Position numbers and translations under genes: made by a program
The notes under the pieces: generated by a model
What the model saw: the letters and a program-made list of their open reading frames with translations, nothing else
Databases searched by the model: none
Told to the model about the DNA's origin: nothing
In this document: piece after piece, positions 19,635-28,687 of the stretch
How the letters are laid out: every line of letters begins with the position of its first letter
Position numbering within the stretch: position 1 is the stretch's first letter
Assembly: GCA_045613785.1 (NCBI GenBank)
Contig: JAZLBQ010000007.1
Location: 32,001 to 96,000, forward strand
Origin: Candidatus Enterousia sp.
GTDB taxonomy: Bacteria > Pseudomonadota > Alphaproteobacteria > Rs-D84
Direction of reading: 5' to 3'
DNA length: 64,000 bases

Positions 19635-20063
19635 ATGAATTTCAAAGGTTTTGCAATTGGTGCATTAGCGTTGGCCTTGATGGGGTGTAATGATAATACA
19701 CAAAATCCAGAAGTCTTAAAGGGATTAAACTTTGTTTCTGCTCAACCGGGTGCAGATATAACAATCGCATTTGATCCAAATGAAATGCGTGTATATGGTG
19801 GTGTTGTAAATCGTTATAACGGTGGTTATACTGCCGATGGCGATAACATTAAATTCGAAGGCTTTGCATCAACAATGATGATGGGTGCACCCGAAGCGAT
19901 GGAAACCGAACAAGAATACTTTGAATTTATGCCAACTGTTGAACGGTATGAATATTCAGAAGGTAAATTGACATTGATTGCGACTGACGGCAAAGAAATA
20001 ATCTTTACCCAGGTTGAAACATTACCGGGCGAAGTTTCCGAAGAACAGCCTCAGGCACAATAA
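19635..20063 (+). CDS. META-domain (HslJ-like) lipoprotein
   Basis: Lipobox ALMGC; GGVVNRYNGGY...FASTMMMG; AAGGAG RBS. Confidence 0.85.
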   Translation: MNFKGFAIGALALALMGCNDNTQNPEVLKGLNFVSAQPGADITIAFDPNEMRVYGGVVNRYNGGYTADGDNIKFEGFASTMMMGAPEAMETEQEYFEFMPTVERYEYSEGKLTLIATDGKEIIFTQVETLPGEVSEEQPQAQ

Positions 20064-20094
20064 AAAAATAAAGGCAACAAAAACAAAACGCCAT

Positions 20095-21294
20095 TTAAAT
20101 GGCGTTTTGTTTTATAACTTCATTGACTATTGGTGCAAAATATATATAAATAGCACAACCAACCACCGCCAGCGTCAATAGGGCACAGATTTTCAGGTAT
20201 TGGTCTAAATGGTTTGTCTTTTGTTTTACCCAGTTGATAATATCTTGAATCCAAACACCAATCAACATACCCATAACAACATAGAATAAACCTGTTACAT
20301 ATATTTGTTTGGGATAAAAGAAATACCAGAAATTATGCCAGAATGCATGTTGGTTAAAATGTAAAAACCATCCGAAAAAAAACTGTCCCAGATAATAGAA
20401 AAAGTTTAACAGTGTGAATCCCAGAAAATGGTTAGCCATAATAGAATAAGTGCTATTAGAAACCTTATAGATTGTTGGGCTATTGCCAATAGCCGGGGTC
20501 AGCAGCCGTGCAATTCGTAACCAAAATGCGATTCCCAGTATTCCGCCCGCAAAAGCGATATAAGAATAAGTCCCCCATGCAACAGAACACGTAAAAGTTT
20601 TCCCCATCATAAGTATTAGTGCGATTTTAGTTCCAACGACAATTGCGAAGTATTTCAGGTTTGATAGATTGTCATATTTTTCTAATACGTTTTTATAGTA
20701 AAAACCTATGGCAAAAAATGGGATAAAATATAACAATCTAGCCAAAACCAAGTGATTTTTTGCGACCCCGATTTCAGACATATATGCACCAAACATCCCG
20801 ATTAAAATGCATAAAATCAAGTATATAAATTCGTGTTTAATCAAGTGTCTAGTTATTCGTCTGAACAAGACATAAAATACTTGGGTCATAAACAGTGGGG
20901 CAACAAACCACGTCGCAAGGTTATAATCAAATTGGTGACCGTTTGTTAGTGGTTCTATAAATAGTTTCGACAAGTCAAAAGCATGAGCATAAGTAAATCC
21001 ATTAACGGACAAGAACTGCAAGAGCAATCCATATGCAATGTTGTATAGGTAAAGAGGAATAATTAGAGTTTTAAATTTTTTCCAAATATACAACAAAGGC
21101 CTATCAACATTTTGTTCTTTAAAGAAATATCCCGAACAGAAAACAAAAAGAGCGATGTTAAAAATAAACAGAGGGAAAATTTCATGAAACAAAGAAATGC
21201 CGACACCGTCTGTTATATGAGAAATAATAACCAGAACGATTCCGATTGCATATAAAATTCTGAATTGTAAATTGTCTTTTTTTGTATTATCCAT
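20095..21294 (-). CDS. Acyltransferase-3 (OafA-like) membrane O-acyltransferase
   Basis: GIVLVIISH, FVFCSGYF, WFVAPLF; multiple TM segments. Confidence 0.85.
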   Translation of the reverse strand: MDNTKKDNLQFRILYAIGIVLVIISHITDGVGISLFHEIFPLFIFNIALFVFCSGYFFKEQNVDRPLLYIWKKFKTLIIPLYLYNIAYGLLLQFLSVNGFTYAHAFDLSKLFIEPLTNGHQFDYNLATWFVAPLFMTQVFYVLFRRITRHLIKHEFIYLILCILIGMFGAYMSEIGVAKNHLVLARLLYFIPFFAIGFYYKNVLEKYDNLSNLKYFAIVVGTKIALILMMGKTFTCSVAWGTYSYIAFAGGILGIAFWLRIARLLTPAIGNSPTIYKVSNSTYSIMANHFLGFTLLNFFYYLGQFFFGWFLHFNQHAFWHNFWYFFYPKQIYVTGLFYVVMGMLIGVWIQDIINWVKQKTNHLDQYLKICALLTLAVVGCAIYIYFAPIVNEVIKQNAI

Positions 21295-21388
21295 ATCTTT
21301 ATTATGATTATAGAGTTTATTATAATAAGATTTCAATCCTAAAATGATGGGGCAGGGGGTAAAAAAGAATAAAATCACAGATAAATAC

Positions 21389-21417
21389 TTGACAATCAAA
21401 TAAAAACTATGTATAAT
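21389..21417 (+). promoter_or_regulatory. Consensus sigma70 promoter of tRNA-Glu
   Basis: TTGACA-17 bp-TATAAT. Confidence 0.85.
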
Positions 21418-21449
21418 TTGCCAGCGTTCGATATGAACAAGGCAGTTTT

Positions 21450-21525
21450 GGCCCCATCGTCTAGAGGCCTAGGACACCGCCCTTTCAAGGCGAGAACACC
21501 GGTTCGAATCCGGTTGGGGCTGCCA
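21450..21525 (+). tRNA. tRNA-Glu(TTC)
   Basis: GGCCCCATCGTCTAGAGGCCTAGGAC...CTTTCAA...GGTTCGAATCCGGTTGGGGCTGCCA. Confidence 0.96.
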
Positions 21526-21741
21526 AAATAAAATGACCATCCTTGCGGTGGTCTTTTTTATTTTGAATCAGCGGTCCCAACCGGATGCGCCCGAGTGCCG
21601 GCAGAAAACGCAGTTTTCGTGGGCGTCGCCCACAGGCACGCATGGCGAATACGCAGATAGATAATTAGCAAACCCGCAAAAACGGATATGTTTAATAGAG
21701 TTTTTGTGTCTAGGTTTGGTTATTGTATATCAAGGGGCGAA

Positions 21742-22790
21742 GTTGGGGCTGCCAAAATAGATAAAACCGCATTTTTGCGGTTTTTTTTTATTGGTTTTGC
21801 AATACTTTCAGCAGTTCGTAAGTTAGGTGTTGAAAACACATGCCGTTTTGCTGACTTACGAACTTTTAAAAAGAAAAGGTTAGAAATCTAACCTTTTTCT
21901 TTGTTCAAATTTATTGTGGGCATTATTCGTTTTCTGATTGAAACAATCGATTGGCGATAATCTTATTTGTATATTTTTCTTTGATTTTATTTATACCAGC
22001 ATTAAAACCACCTCGTAAATAAAGGTTTTCCATTTGTTGATATGTTTTTATATTGTCATATTCCGATGGCTCTAAAATGGCACTTATTACATAGTCTTTT
22101 TGATTGTGCCCGACTGCATCAATGTTTTCACCAACCTTACAAATGCCATCTATTTGTGCTTTTTCGTAAGTTTTTCCTTTCCCAGGGTCAATCATATGCA
22201 AACCGTCTGATAATTTTATTGAAACAAGTTGATGACCGTCTATCATTTTGCCTGAATTTTTATTTTTAATATCTTCTTTTTTTGCGGTAGCAATAATACT
22301 AAAATCTTTTAATCCAATTTCTTGTGCGTATTTAGAAAACAATTTAGCGCGCCCAGTGCACCCCGCAGCATTATATGGAATTTTTTGTTCGACAATATCA
22401 TCGCCAGATAATGAAAAATTAAAATTTTTATGGTCTGTTATTTCTGGGTGTTGTTCAAAATATTCATCACGAGATATAGCATTTTTCAAAGATGGTTCTA
22501 TATCATGAAAAAAATCATCGATTTTTTGCAGTACAATATTTACTTTTTCAATAATATCTTTATCTGTATTTGTCATAGATGAATTATAGCACGAAATTAA
22601 CAAATTTGCAAAAATACCTTAACTTCTTTCCCAAACATCAACAATTCGTGTATTATATCTGCTCGCAAATTGCACAGATGGGGCTGCCAGAATAGATAAA
22701 ACCGCATTTTTGCGGTTTTTTTATTTGTTTACTTTGCTTTTCTGTGGTTTGTAAGTCAGGCGGTAAAAACTATATCCGTTTTATCGACTT
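21742..22790 (+). repeat. Two further copies of the tRNA-Glu 3' end, each with a shared terminator and downstream motif (about 21742-21864 and 22679-22790)
   Basis: gttggggctgccaaaata is identical to 21513-21530; 44-bp tggggctgcca(a/g)aatagataaaaccgcatttttgcggttttttt at 21744 and 22679. Confidence 0.9.
21923..22576 (-). CDS. Transglutaminase-like/papain-fold protein
   Basis: Putative Cys-His-Asp triad: GCTGRAKLF, DGHQLV, MIDPG. Confidence 0.6.
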   Translation of the reverse strand: MTNTDKDIIEKVNIVLQKIDDFFHDIEPSLKNAISRDEYFEQHPEITDHKNFNFSLSGDDIVEQKIPYNAAGCTGRAKLFSKYAQEIGLKDFSIIATAKKEDIKNKNSGKMIDGHQLVSIKLSDGLHMIDPGKGKTYEKAQIDGICKVGENIDAVGHNQKDYVISAILEPSEYDNIKTYQQMENLYLRGGFNAGINKIKEKYTNKIIANRLFQSENE

Positions 22791-22803
22791 TTAATCTTTT
22801 CGA

Positions 22804-24186
22804 TTAAAGATATATTTCTTTATCTGTTTTTATGTTTCTGACAAACATTTCATCATGTGATACTAGTAATATAGCACCAGTATATTGATTCAAAGCTTCT
22901 TCTAATATCCCAATGCTTTTGATTTCAAGATTATTAGTTGGTTCGTCCAAAATCAATAAATCTGGTTGATTGTCACCGCCAAGAATTGTCGCTAATGTTG
23001 CTTTTAATAATTCTCCGCCAGATAATGTTCCAACCTTTTGTTGTGATGCGTTTCCACGAAAACCAAAGTTAGCCGCAATCGCATGAGCGTCGTGCTTAAG
23101 ACAATCTGAGATTTCTACGATATTTTCAATGATGGTTTTATTTTTATCTAAGACAGATAAAACTTGATCGACATATGCTATCTTGCCAGATGTTTTAACA
23201 GTTCCAGATTCTGGTTTTAACTCGCCACGAACGATTTTTAACAGTGTAGATTTTCCAGAGCCATTTTTCCCAACTAGTCTTACCCTTGATTTGCCATACA
23301 TGGTAAAATCAAAATCTTTAAATACAGTTTTATCTCCATATGCAAAGCATAAGTCAGATATATTTATCAATTCTTTACTGTAAAAGGATTTGTTGGGTAA
23401 AGGAATTTTTATCGTTTCATTTCGCATTTGTTCAGACAAAGATTGTTGAATCGATATTTGTTCGTTTAATTTCTTTTGAATAATTGCACGCTTTTTTGCT
23501 TCTGTTTCTTGGCTTTTACCTCGAAGAGCATTTGCGGCTATTCGGCTTCGTTTAGAATTGTCGATTTCTTTATGTTGTTTGAATTCATGGTGTTGTCTTG
23601 TATTTTGGGCAATATTTATTGTATTATTCAATCTAGCAATAGATTTTTGAGCGTTAGTATATTTGGAATATATATTGTCTTGCTCTATTCTTTTTTGTTC
23701 TAGATAGAAATCATAATTACCGCTATAGACTTTTAATTGTCCATTATGTATTTCAATTATTTTTTCCATTTGTTGTAAAAGTTCCCTGTCGTGTGAAACG
23801 ATAGCGACCCCGTGCGGATATGTGTTCAAACGGTCAAAAAATATCTGTTTTGCATCTGTGTCTAAATTATTAGTTGGTTCGTCCAACAGTAAAACATCTG
23901 CGTTAGATTCAAAAGCCCGCATAAGTGCAAACATTTGTTGTTCGCCACCACTTTTGGAATCTGATACATTTATTTGATTCAACAGGTAAACATTTGCATT
24001 TTTGTGAACTGTGCCAGAATCAGGCAATAAATCCCCACTCAACAACCGTAGTAGGGTTGTTTTTCCCGAACCATTATCGCCAATAATTGCCACGTGTTCT
24101 TTGTCATTAAACACGACAGAAATACCGTTCAATAAATTATTATTGTTGTATCCGAAAATACACTTTGATAAAGAAATTAAAGCCAT
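22804..24186 (-). CDS. ABC-F ATPase, probable ribosomal protection (ARE) type
   Basis: Two NBDs (GDNGSGKT/SGGE/LDEPTNNL; GKNGSGKS/LSGGE/LDEPTNNL); no TM segments; short NBD1 and long linker. Confidence 0.85.
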   Translation of the reverse strand: MALISLSKCIFGYNNNNLLNGISVVFNDKEHVAIIGDNGSGKTTLLRLLSGDLLPDSGTVHKNANVYLLNQINVSDSKSGGEQQMFALMRAFESNADVLLLDEPTNNLDTDAKQIFFDRLNTYPHGVAIVSHDRELLQQMEKIIEIHNGQLKVYSGNYDFYLEQKRIEQDNIYSKYTNAQKSIARLNNTINIAQNTRQHHEFKQHKEIDNSKRSRIAANALRGKSQETEAKKRAIIQKKLNEQISIQQSLSEQMRNETIKIPLPNKSFYSKELINISDLCFAYGDKTVFKDFDFTMYGKSRVRLVGKNGSGKSTLLKIVRGELKPESGTVKTSGKIAYVDQVLSVLDKNKTIIENIVEISDCLKHDAHAIAANFGFRGNASQQKVGTLSGGELLKATLATILGGDNQPDLLILDEPTNNLEIKSIGILEEALNQYTGAILLVSHDEMFVRNIKTDKEIYL

Positions 24187-24187
24187 A

Positions 24188-24328
24188 ATAAAACCCTTAT
24201 ATTGCAATCGAGTAGACACATATTTCTATGTGCGATTTATCAAAAATTACAATATTACATACACATCGGGTTTTATCCTTTGTTTATATTACACACACAA
24301 ATTGTATTACAAATATTGGTAAAATCAA
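24188..24328 (-). promoter_or_regulatory. Translational attenuator leader with M-C-M-stop uORF (24266-24255)
   Basis: TTGATT-16-TACAAT promoter; AAAGGA RBS then ATG TGT ATG TAA; 9-bp inverted repeat 24188-24196/24268-24276 masks the ABC-F RBS. Confidence 0.7.
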
Positions 24329-24384
24329 GCTTTTTCTCTAAAAACACCTTATTGTCTTTTGCAAATAGCAACGAGTTATTTTAT

Positions 24385-25128
24385 CTACTGTATTTCAATT
24401 TGGTCTATATCGACCAGCAGCCGATTTATCTCACGGCAAAGGTGTTCAAACTCTGGCTTTTTCTGATATGTGTATTCGTCCATATACAGGCTACGCTTTA
24501 TTTCAATCATAAATGAAATAACATTGGGATTATTTTTATAATAGCGTCCAGGGACGATTGAGCCTGCAAAAGGTTCGTTTACTCCATATGACCAGCCATT
24601 TCGCACACAGAAATCTGCTATCTTGTCAAAAATTATCTTGTTGTAGTGAGGATGTTCATAACCAATGCAAATATCTGGCTGCTTGTCAGTTTGTAGGCCT
24701 ATGCGATAGCTAGAAGGATAACTGTGCAAATCAATTATGATTGCATGATTATTGCAGGCCAGTGATTTATGTGTAATTGATTCTAATAAATTATGATGTG
24801 GGTAATAAAATTTATCCAGTAATTCCTGTCGTAGTTTTGCATCAGGGCTATGTTTAATAATTTTCCCAGAACAAGAGTGAGTATATATAACCCCCATACC
24901 ATATTGGCTAGCAGGTTCATCTTGGTCATCAACAAATCGTTCTGTATCAACGACTAGTCTGGATATTGGGGCGACCAGTTTGATAAATCTGGGATTGTCA
25001 AAGACCATTTCATCGGTATAAAGATCCGCCAGTTTATAGGCTTCGCTAGTTGCTTCTTCTATATCGCAAATGAACAAGTCTTGAAAATCGAGTTTTACAG
25101 ACGAATGAGGAATATTTACTATAATCAT
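24385..25128 (-). CDS. N-formylglutamate amidohydrolase family protein
   Basis: NIPHSS, DLYTDE, SRLVVDTERF, YYPHH, DLHSYP, PDICIG, NEPFAG, MIEIKRSLY. Confidence 0.9.
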   Translation of the reverse strand: MIIVNIPHSSVKLDFQDLFICDIEEATSEAYKLADLYTDEMVFDNPRFIKLVAPISRLVVDTERFVDDQDEPASQYGMGVIYTHSCSGKIIKHSPDAKLRQELLDKFYYPHHNLLESITHKSLACNNHAIIIDLHSYPSSYRIGLQTDKQPDICIGYEHPHYNKIIFDKIADFCVRNGWSYGVNEPFAGSIVPGRYYKNNPNVISFMIEIKRSLYMDEYTYQKKPEFEHLCREINRLLVDIDQIEIQ

Positions 25129-25210
25129 ATGATTGTCCTTGTTTGACTTTACTAGTTTATCATCTCTTTTTACTGTTGCAAGATTTGTTCGTTTAAATAT
25201 TCTTATCTGG

Positions 25211-25321
25211 TTGATTTTTTTGTGTTTTTCTGGTATAATAGACCATACAAAGCGGACGGTTTTTTGCCGTCTTTTTTATCCCTGCCAAGGCAGGGCTTTT
25301 TTATTACCCAAGGATTTTATA
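25211..25321 (+). promoter_or_regulatory. Promoter followed by two tandem hairpin-U tracts upstream of the lysozyme gene
   Basis: TTGATT-17-TATAAT; gacggt..gccgtc-T6; ccctgcc aa ggcaggg-c-T6. Confidence 0.65.
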
Positions 25322-25825
25322 ATGATAATAAGCAACAAAGGAATAGAATTGTTAAAGTGCCTAGAGGGAGCGGTCAAAGTCCACGGCCGACACGTTATAT
25401 ACGACGATGCAACAGGTCGTCCAATTTGTCCAGGGGGCATATTGCCACCTGGTGCAACAATCGGTTATGGGCATCTGATAACGCCCGAGCAAGATTTTTC
25501 AGACGGCATAACAGAAGAGGTCGCAACAGAATTGCTGCGTTCAGATATTGCACAAGCAGAGCAAGTGGTTCAAGAAAGTGTCAAAATTCATTTAATGCAA
25601 AATCAGTATGATGCGCTGGTATTACTGGTGTTTAACATTGGTGGTGGAAACTTTCGAAAATCAACTGTTTTGAGATATATAAATAATCCGAAATATCGCA
25701 GTGTAAAATACCCAACGTTGTCTGATGCGTGGCTGGCGTGGAATCGGTGTCGTGGTCAGGTTGTGCCAGGGTTGACCAGACGCAGGCAGTGTGAACTGAA
25801 TATTTATTATGGAAAACAGAACTAA
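25322..25825 (+). CDS. Phage-type lysozyme (GH24)
   Basis: GIELLKCLEG, YDD, TIGYGH, NQYDALV.LVFNIG, GLTRRR. Confidence 0.9.
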   Translation: MIISNKGIELLKCLEGAVKVHGRHVIYDDATGRPICPGGILPPGATIGYGHLITPEQDFSDGITEEVATELLRSDIAQAEQVVQESVKIHLMQNQYDALVLLVFNIGGGNFRKSTVLRYINNPKYRSVKYPTLSDAWLAWNRCRGQVVPGLTRRRQCELNIYYGKQN

Positions 25826-25912
25826 GTTCTTGTGATTTATGGTTGACAAAATTCGGTTATGTCCTATAATGTAAGTGTGTAAATAATCATATAAACTAAC
25901 GGAAAAGGCATA

Positions 25913-26152
25913 ATGAACAACAGAGAAATAAAAGATAAAAGCCAAGAAAAGTTTAAAATAATGGAATCTTTTAACAAAGCCTTTCTTAGTGTTTTGACTG
26001 CAGGTGGTGTTGCTATATCAACGCTGGCGTTGCTGACTCAAAAGCCAAATTCAGATCTGATGTTATTGATTGGCATATGGTTTACGGTTGCTGGTGCGGG
26101 TGGTATTTTATCTGATTGTATAACAAAACAGAAAGACCAAAGAATGCGTTAA
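25913..26152 (+). CDS. Small two-TM hypothetical protein ending QRMR
   Basis: 79 aa; own TTGACA-16-TATAAT promoter at 25843-25870. Confidence 0.65.
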   Translation: MNNREIKDKSQEKFKIMESFNKAFLSVLTAGGVAISTLALLTQKPNSDLMLLIGIWFTVAGAGGILSDCITKQKDQRMR

Positions 26153-26172
26153 CTATGATACAGGGGACAAAG

Positions 26173-27195
26173 ATGGCATCAAAAACAGCAACGGATGTTG
26201 AAAAATACTCTATATATCAGCAATTTAAGTCCGAACAAGGGCTTGAAAACGTTTATGCAACGATTGATGATTTGAAAACAATAATCTGCAAATTGCAGGG
26301 GTATCTGAATTTTATAAAAAGTCAGCCTGGGATTTCAGATTCCAAGAAAGAATTATTGTATGGTTTGGCTGTAAATGATTTGCCGCCAATAATTCAGTTT
26401 ATTATGAAAATGTATGAGCCTGAAATGTTTGTCAAGCGTTGTAGTCATGCAATAGCAGTAAACAAATTTAGACCAAAAGACCTATCTTTGCTGGATTTGG
26501 TTGTTCATCCTGATTTATTTCACATTCGTGGTCAATTTTCAACATTTTCCAGGGATCTGACTGATGCCAGAACACAAAGCAAAACACCGGATGAAATTCG
26601 AAGTCTTATAGTCTCGAAGATATCCAATATGACGGAGGTTTCGGAAATACTGACCAAAGAATTTATTAAAGCGATAGAAACACGTTCTGGTTTCCAACGT
26701 CGTCTGATTGCAAGTTCAAAACCAGACCGATTATTATGGGGGCAATTCCTTCAGGAAGTTGCTAGTGAAATAACAAAAAAGCTTGGTGTAAAACAGGAAG
26801 TTTTTGTTTGCTGTGTTCAAGAATGGGGGGCAGGTGCTGGTGTGCCAGAAGATTGTTTAGGGAATTATTTTTTAGCAGGTAACACGAAACTATCAATGAT
26901 TGTATTAAACCTAAATAATTTGTCATGTGTAGCATCTCGCAAAGGGGGCGAGGGCTTCTTTATTCGGTTTAGGATGTTTGTCGAAGTTTGTGTTGCATTT
27001 CTGCATGAGTTTTCTCATTTCTTGGACGACAGGTGTCCAGATTGTTCGGCACTTGGTGCACAGAAAAGCTTTGTTGCAAAACGCTATTATGATTCTAACA
27101 GCAACGTATATTATGACAATCCGACCGAGGTTTCTGCTCATATTGTTGGCAATTTGTTGCGTAAAAAGATGATGGAACGTTGCTTCGGAGATTAA
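26173..27195 (+). CDS. Hypothetical protein with C-terminal HExxH metallopeptidase-like domain
   Basis: FLHEFSHFLD...YDNPTEVSAH. Confidence 0.65.
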   Translation: MASKTATDVEKYSIYQQFKSEQGLENVYATIDDLKTIICKLQGYLNFIKSQPGISDSKKELLYGLAVNDLPPIIQFIMKMYEPEMFVKRCSHAIAVNKFRPKDLSLLDLVVHPDLFHIRGQFSTFSRDLTDARTQSKTPDEIRSLIVSKISNMTEVSEILTKEFIKAIETRSGFQRRLIASSKPDRLLWGQFLQEVASEITKKLGVKQEVFVCCVQEWGAGAGVPEDCLGNYFLAGNTKLSMIVLNLNNLSCVASRKGGEGFFIRFRMFVEVCVAFLHEFSHFLDDRCPDCSALGAQKSFVAKRYYDSNSNVYYDNPTEVSAHIVGNLLRKKMMERCFGD

Positions 27196-27220
27196 AAAAA
27201 AACGCCAGTTTTGGCGTTTT

Positions 27221-28417
27221 TTATCGTCCGTGAATATGTTTGCTAAGTTTGCCTGCCATTGCCCCAACGCCTAACACCGAAAGCGTAATCAAAACCAAAT
27301 ACCATCGCAAGGCTGCAAATCCACCAAATACTCCGATATACATCAGTCCTGTAAAACCAATCCAGCGTCCAATGAACAGTGCGAAATCACGGAAAACAAA
27401 GTATTCTATTTTATGGTTTTTTGTCACACATTTCGCATTTGATAAACTGTAGATACAAACCCCGTTGATTAAATCAATCAATATAATTGCTGTTGAATAA
27501 ACGAAATTATAGACCAAGAATGTTGCAGGAATTGTTTCGGACAAGAAAATCGTCATTGCCACAATTGTTGCCAGCATTGCCAGGCTAAGCACATATGGAT
27601 ACGATTTTTTGCGTCCCCATCGTCCAAAAGCCCACGACGTAGCGATTGAAAACATTGCGAACAGTGTTGTAAAAATGCCCAAATTTAAATCTGTCTTGAA
27701 CATATAGACCGTCCACATCGTTATAACCGTTCCCAACAAGCCAATGCCAAATCCACGCATAATTTCCATTGTGAACATTTTACGAATAACCGGAAAACGC
27801 ATCATACACTTAAAGAATCCGACAAAATCCACGGGTGTGCGACTTCTGTGGTGTGAAGGGGATAAAAATAGACTAAGTATAAATTCAACAATGGTCAGCC
27901 CCAATATTGCGTATGCCATTTCCGTATAAGAGCCTGTATCAATAAAGAATCCCAATACAACAGGTGCTAATATTTTAACAATATATACAACTGTATTTTT
28001 TACACCGATAAATTTATTCATAACATTTGGTGTGGCTTTTTCGCCAATCATTGCGTTCATTGGCAGGTGATACATCGCAGCCCCAATTCCAAACAACAAC
28101 CCCAGTGGAATAACATATTCAGCGACATTATTTTTTAATCCGATTATCAGCAACAACAAAATAATTTTAGGAACTAAATTCAGTTTAAAAACGGTTGTCT
28201 TGTCATACTTTTTGCACCAGTGGGCAAATGCAAAGAATCCAGCACAGGTTGCAGCGTATTCGAACAATTTATACATAGACACAGAAACGATTTCATTTGC
28301 AGACAACTGCATAATAAAAGAAACCAAAAAAGTCCCAAAAAATAAATCTGATACATTTCGCAAGCCTGCAAAGGCCGCCAATAACCGTAAGTCTGCTGAT
28401 AATTTTTGATGTTTCAT
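27221..28417 (-). CDS. MFS transporter
   Basis: 398 aa, about 12 TM segments; WAFGRWGRKK loop motif. Confidence 0.85.
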   Translation of the reverse strand: MKHQKLSADLRLLAAFAGLRNVSDLFFGTFLVSFIMQLSANEIVSVSMYKLFEYAATCAGFFAFAHWCKKYDKTTVFKLNLVPKIILLLLIIGLKNNVAEYVIPLGLLFGIGAAMYHLPMNAMIGEKATPNVMNKFIGVKNTVVYIVKILAPVVLGFFIDTGSYTEMAYAILGLTIVEFILSLFLSPSHHRSRTPVDFVGFFKCMMRFPVIRKMFTMEIMRGFGIGLLGTVITMWTVYMFKTDLNLGIFTTLFAMFSIATSWAFGRWGRKKSYPYVLSLAMLATIVAMTIFLSETIPATFLVYNFVYSTAIILIDLINGVCIYSLSNAKCVTKNHKIEYFVFRDFALFIGRWIGFTGLMYIGVFGGFAALRWYLVLITLSVLGVGAMAGKLSKHIHGR

Positions 28418-28526
28418 ATATATACAATCTCTCTCTTGGGGTGAATTTTATCATAAAAAATCATGGAAATAAATCATTATACGAAAAAATTGACTTTCGT
28501 GGCTTGTTTTGGATATAATATCTGGC

Positions 28527-28661
28527 ATGAGAAAGATATTTACAGGATTTTTAATTATTGCAGTTTTATTGATGTCGGTTTTGGCGGTGTCTGGTTGTGG
28601 GGTAAAGTCTGACCTGGCACGTCCTGACTCATCTTTTCCACGTGATTATCCAGTTTATTAA
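28527..28661 (+). CDS. Small lipoprotein, LptM/YifL-like
   Basis: Manual translation, 44 aa: MRKIFTGFLIIAVLLMSVLAVSGCGVKSDLARPDSSFPRDYPVY. Confidence 0.7.
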   Translation: MRKIFTGFLIIAVLLMSVLAVSGCGVKSDLARPDSSFPRDYPVY

Positions 28662-28687
28662 AAAAAATCCCAAAAAATGGGATTTTT

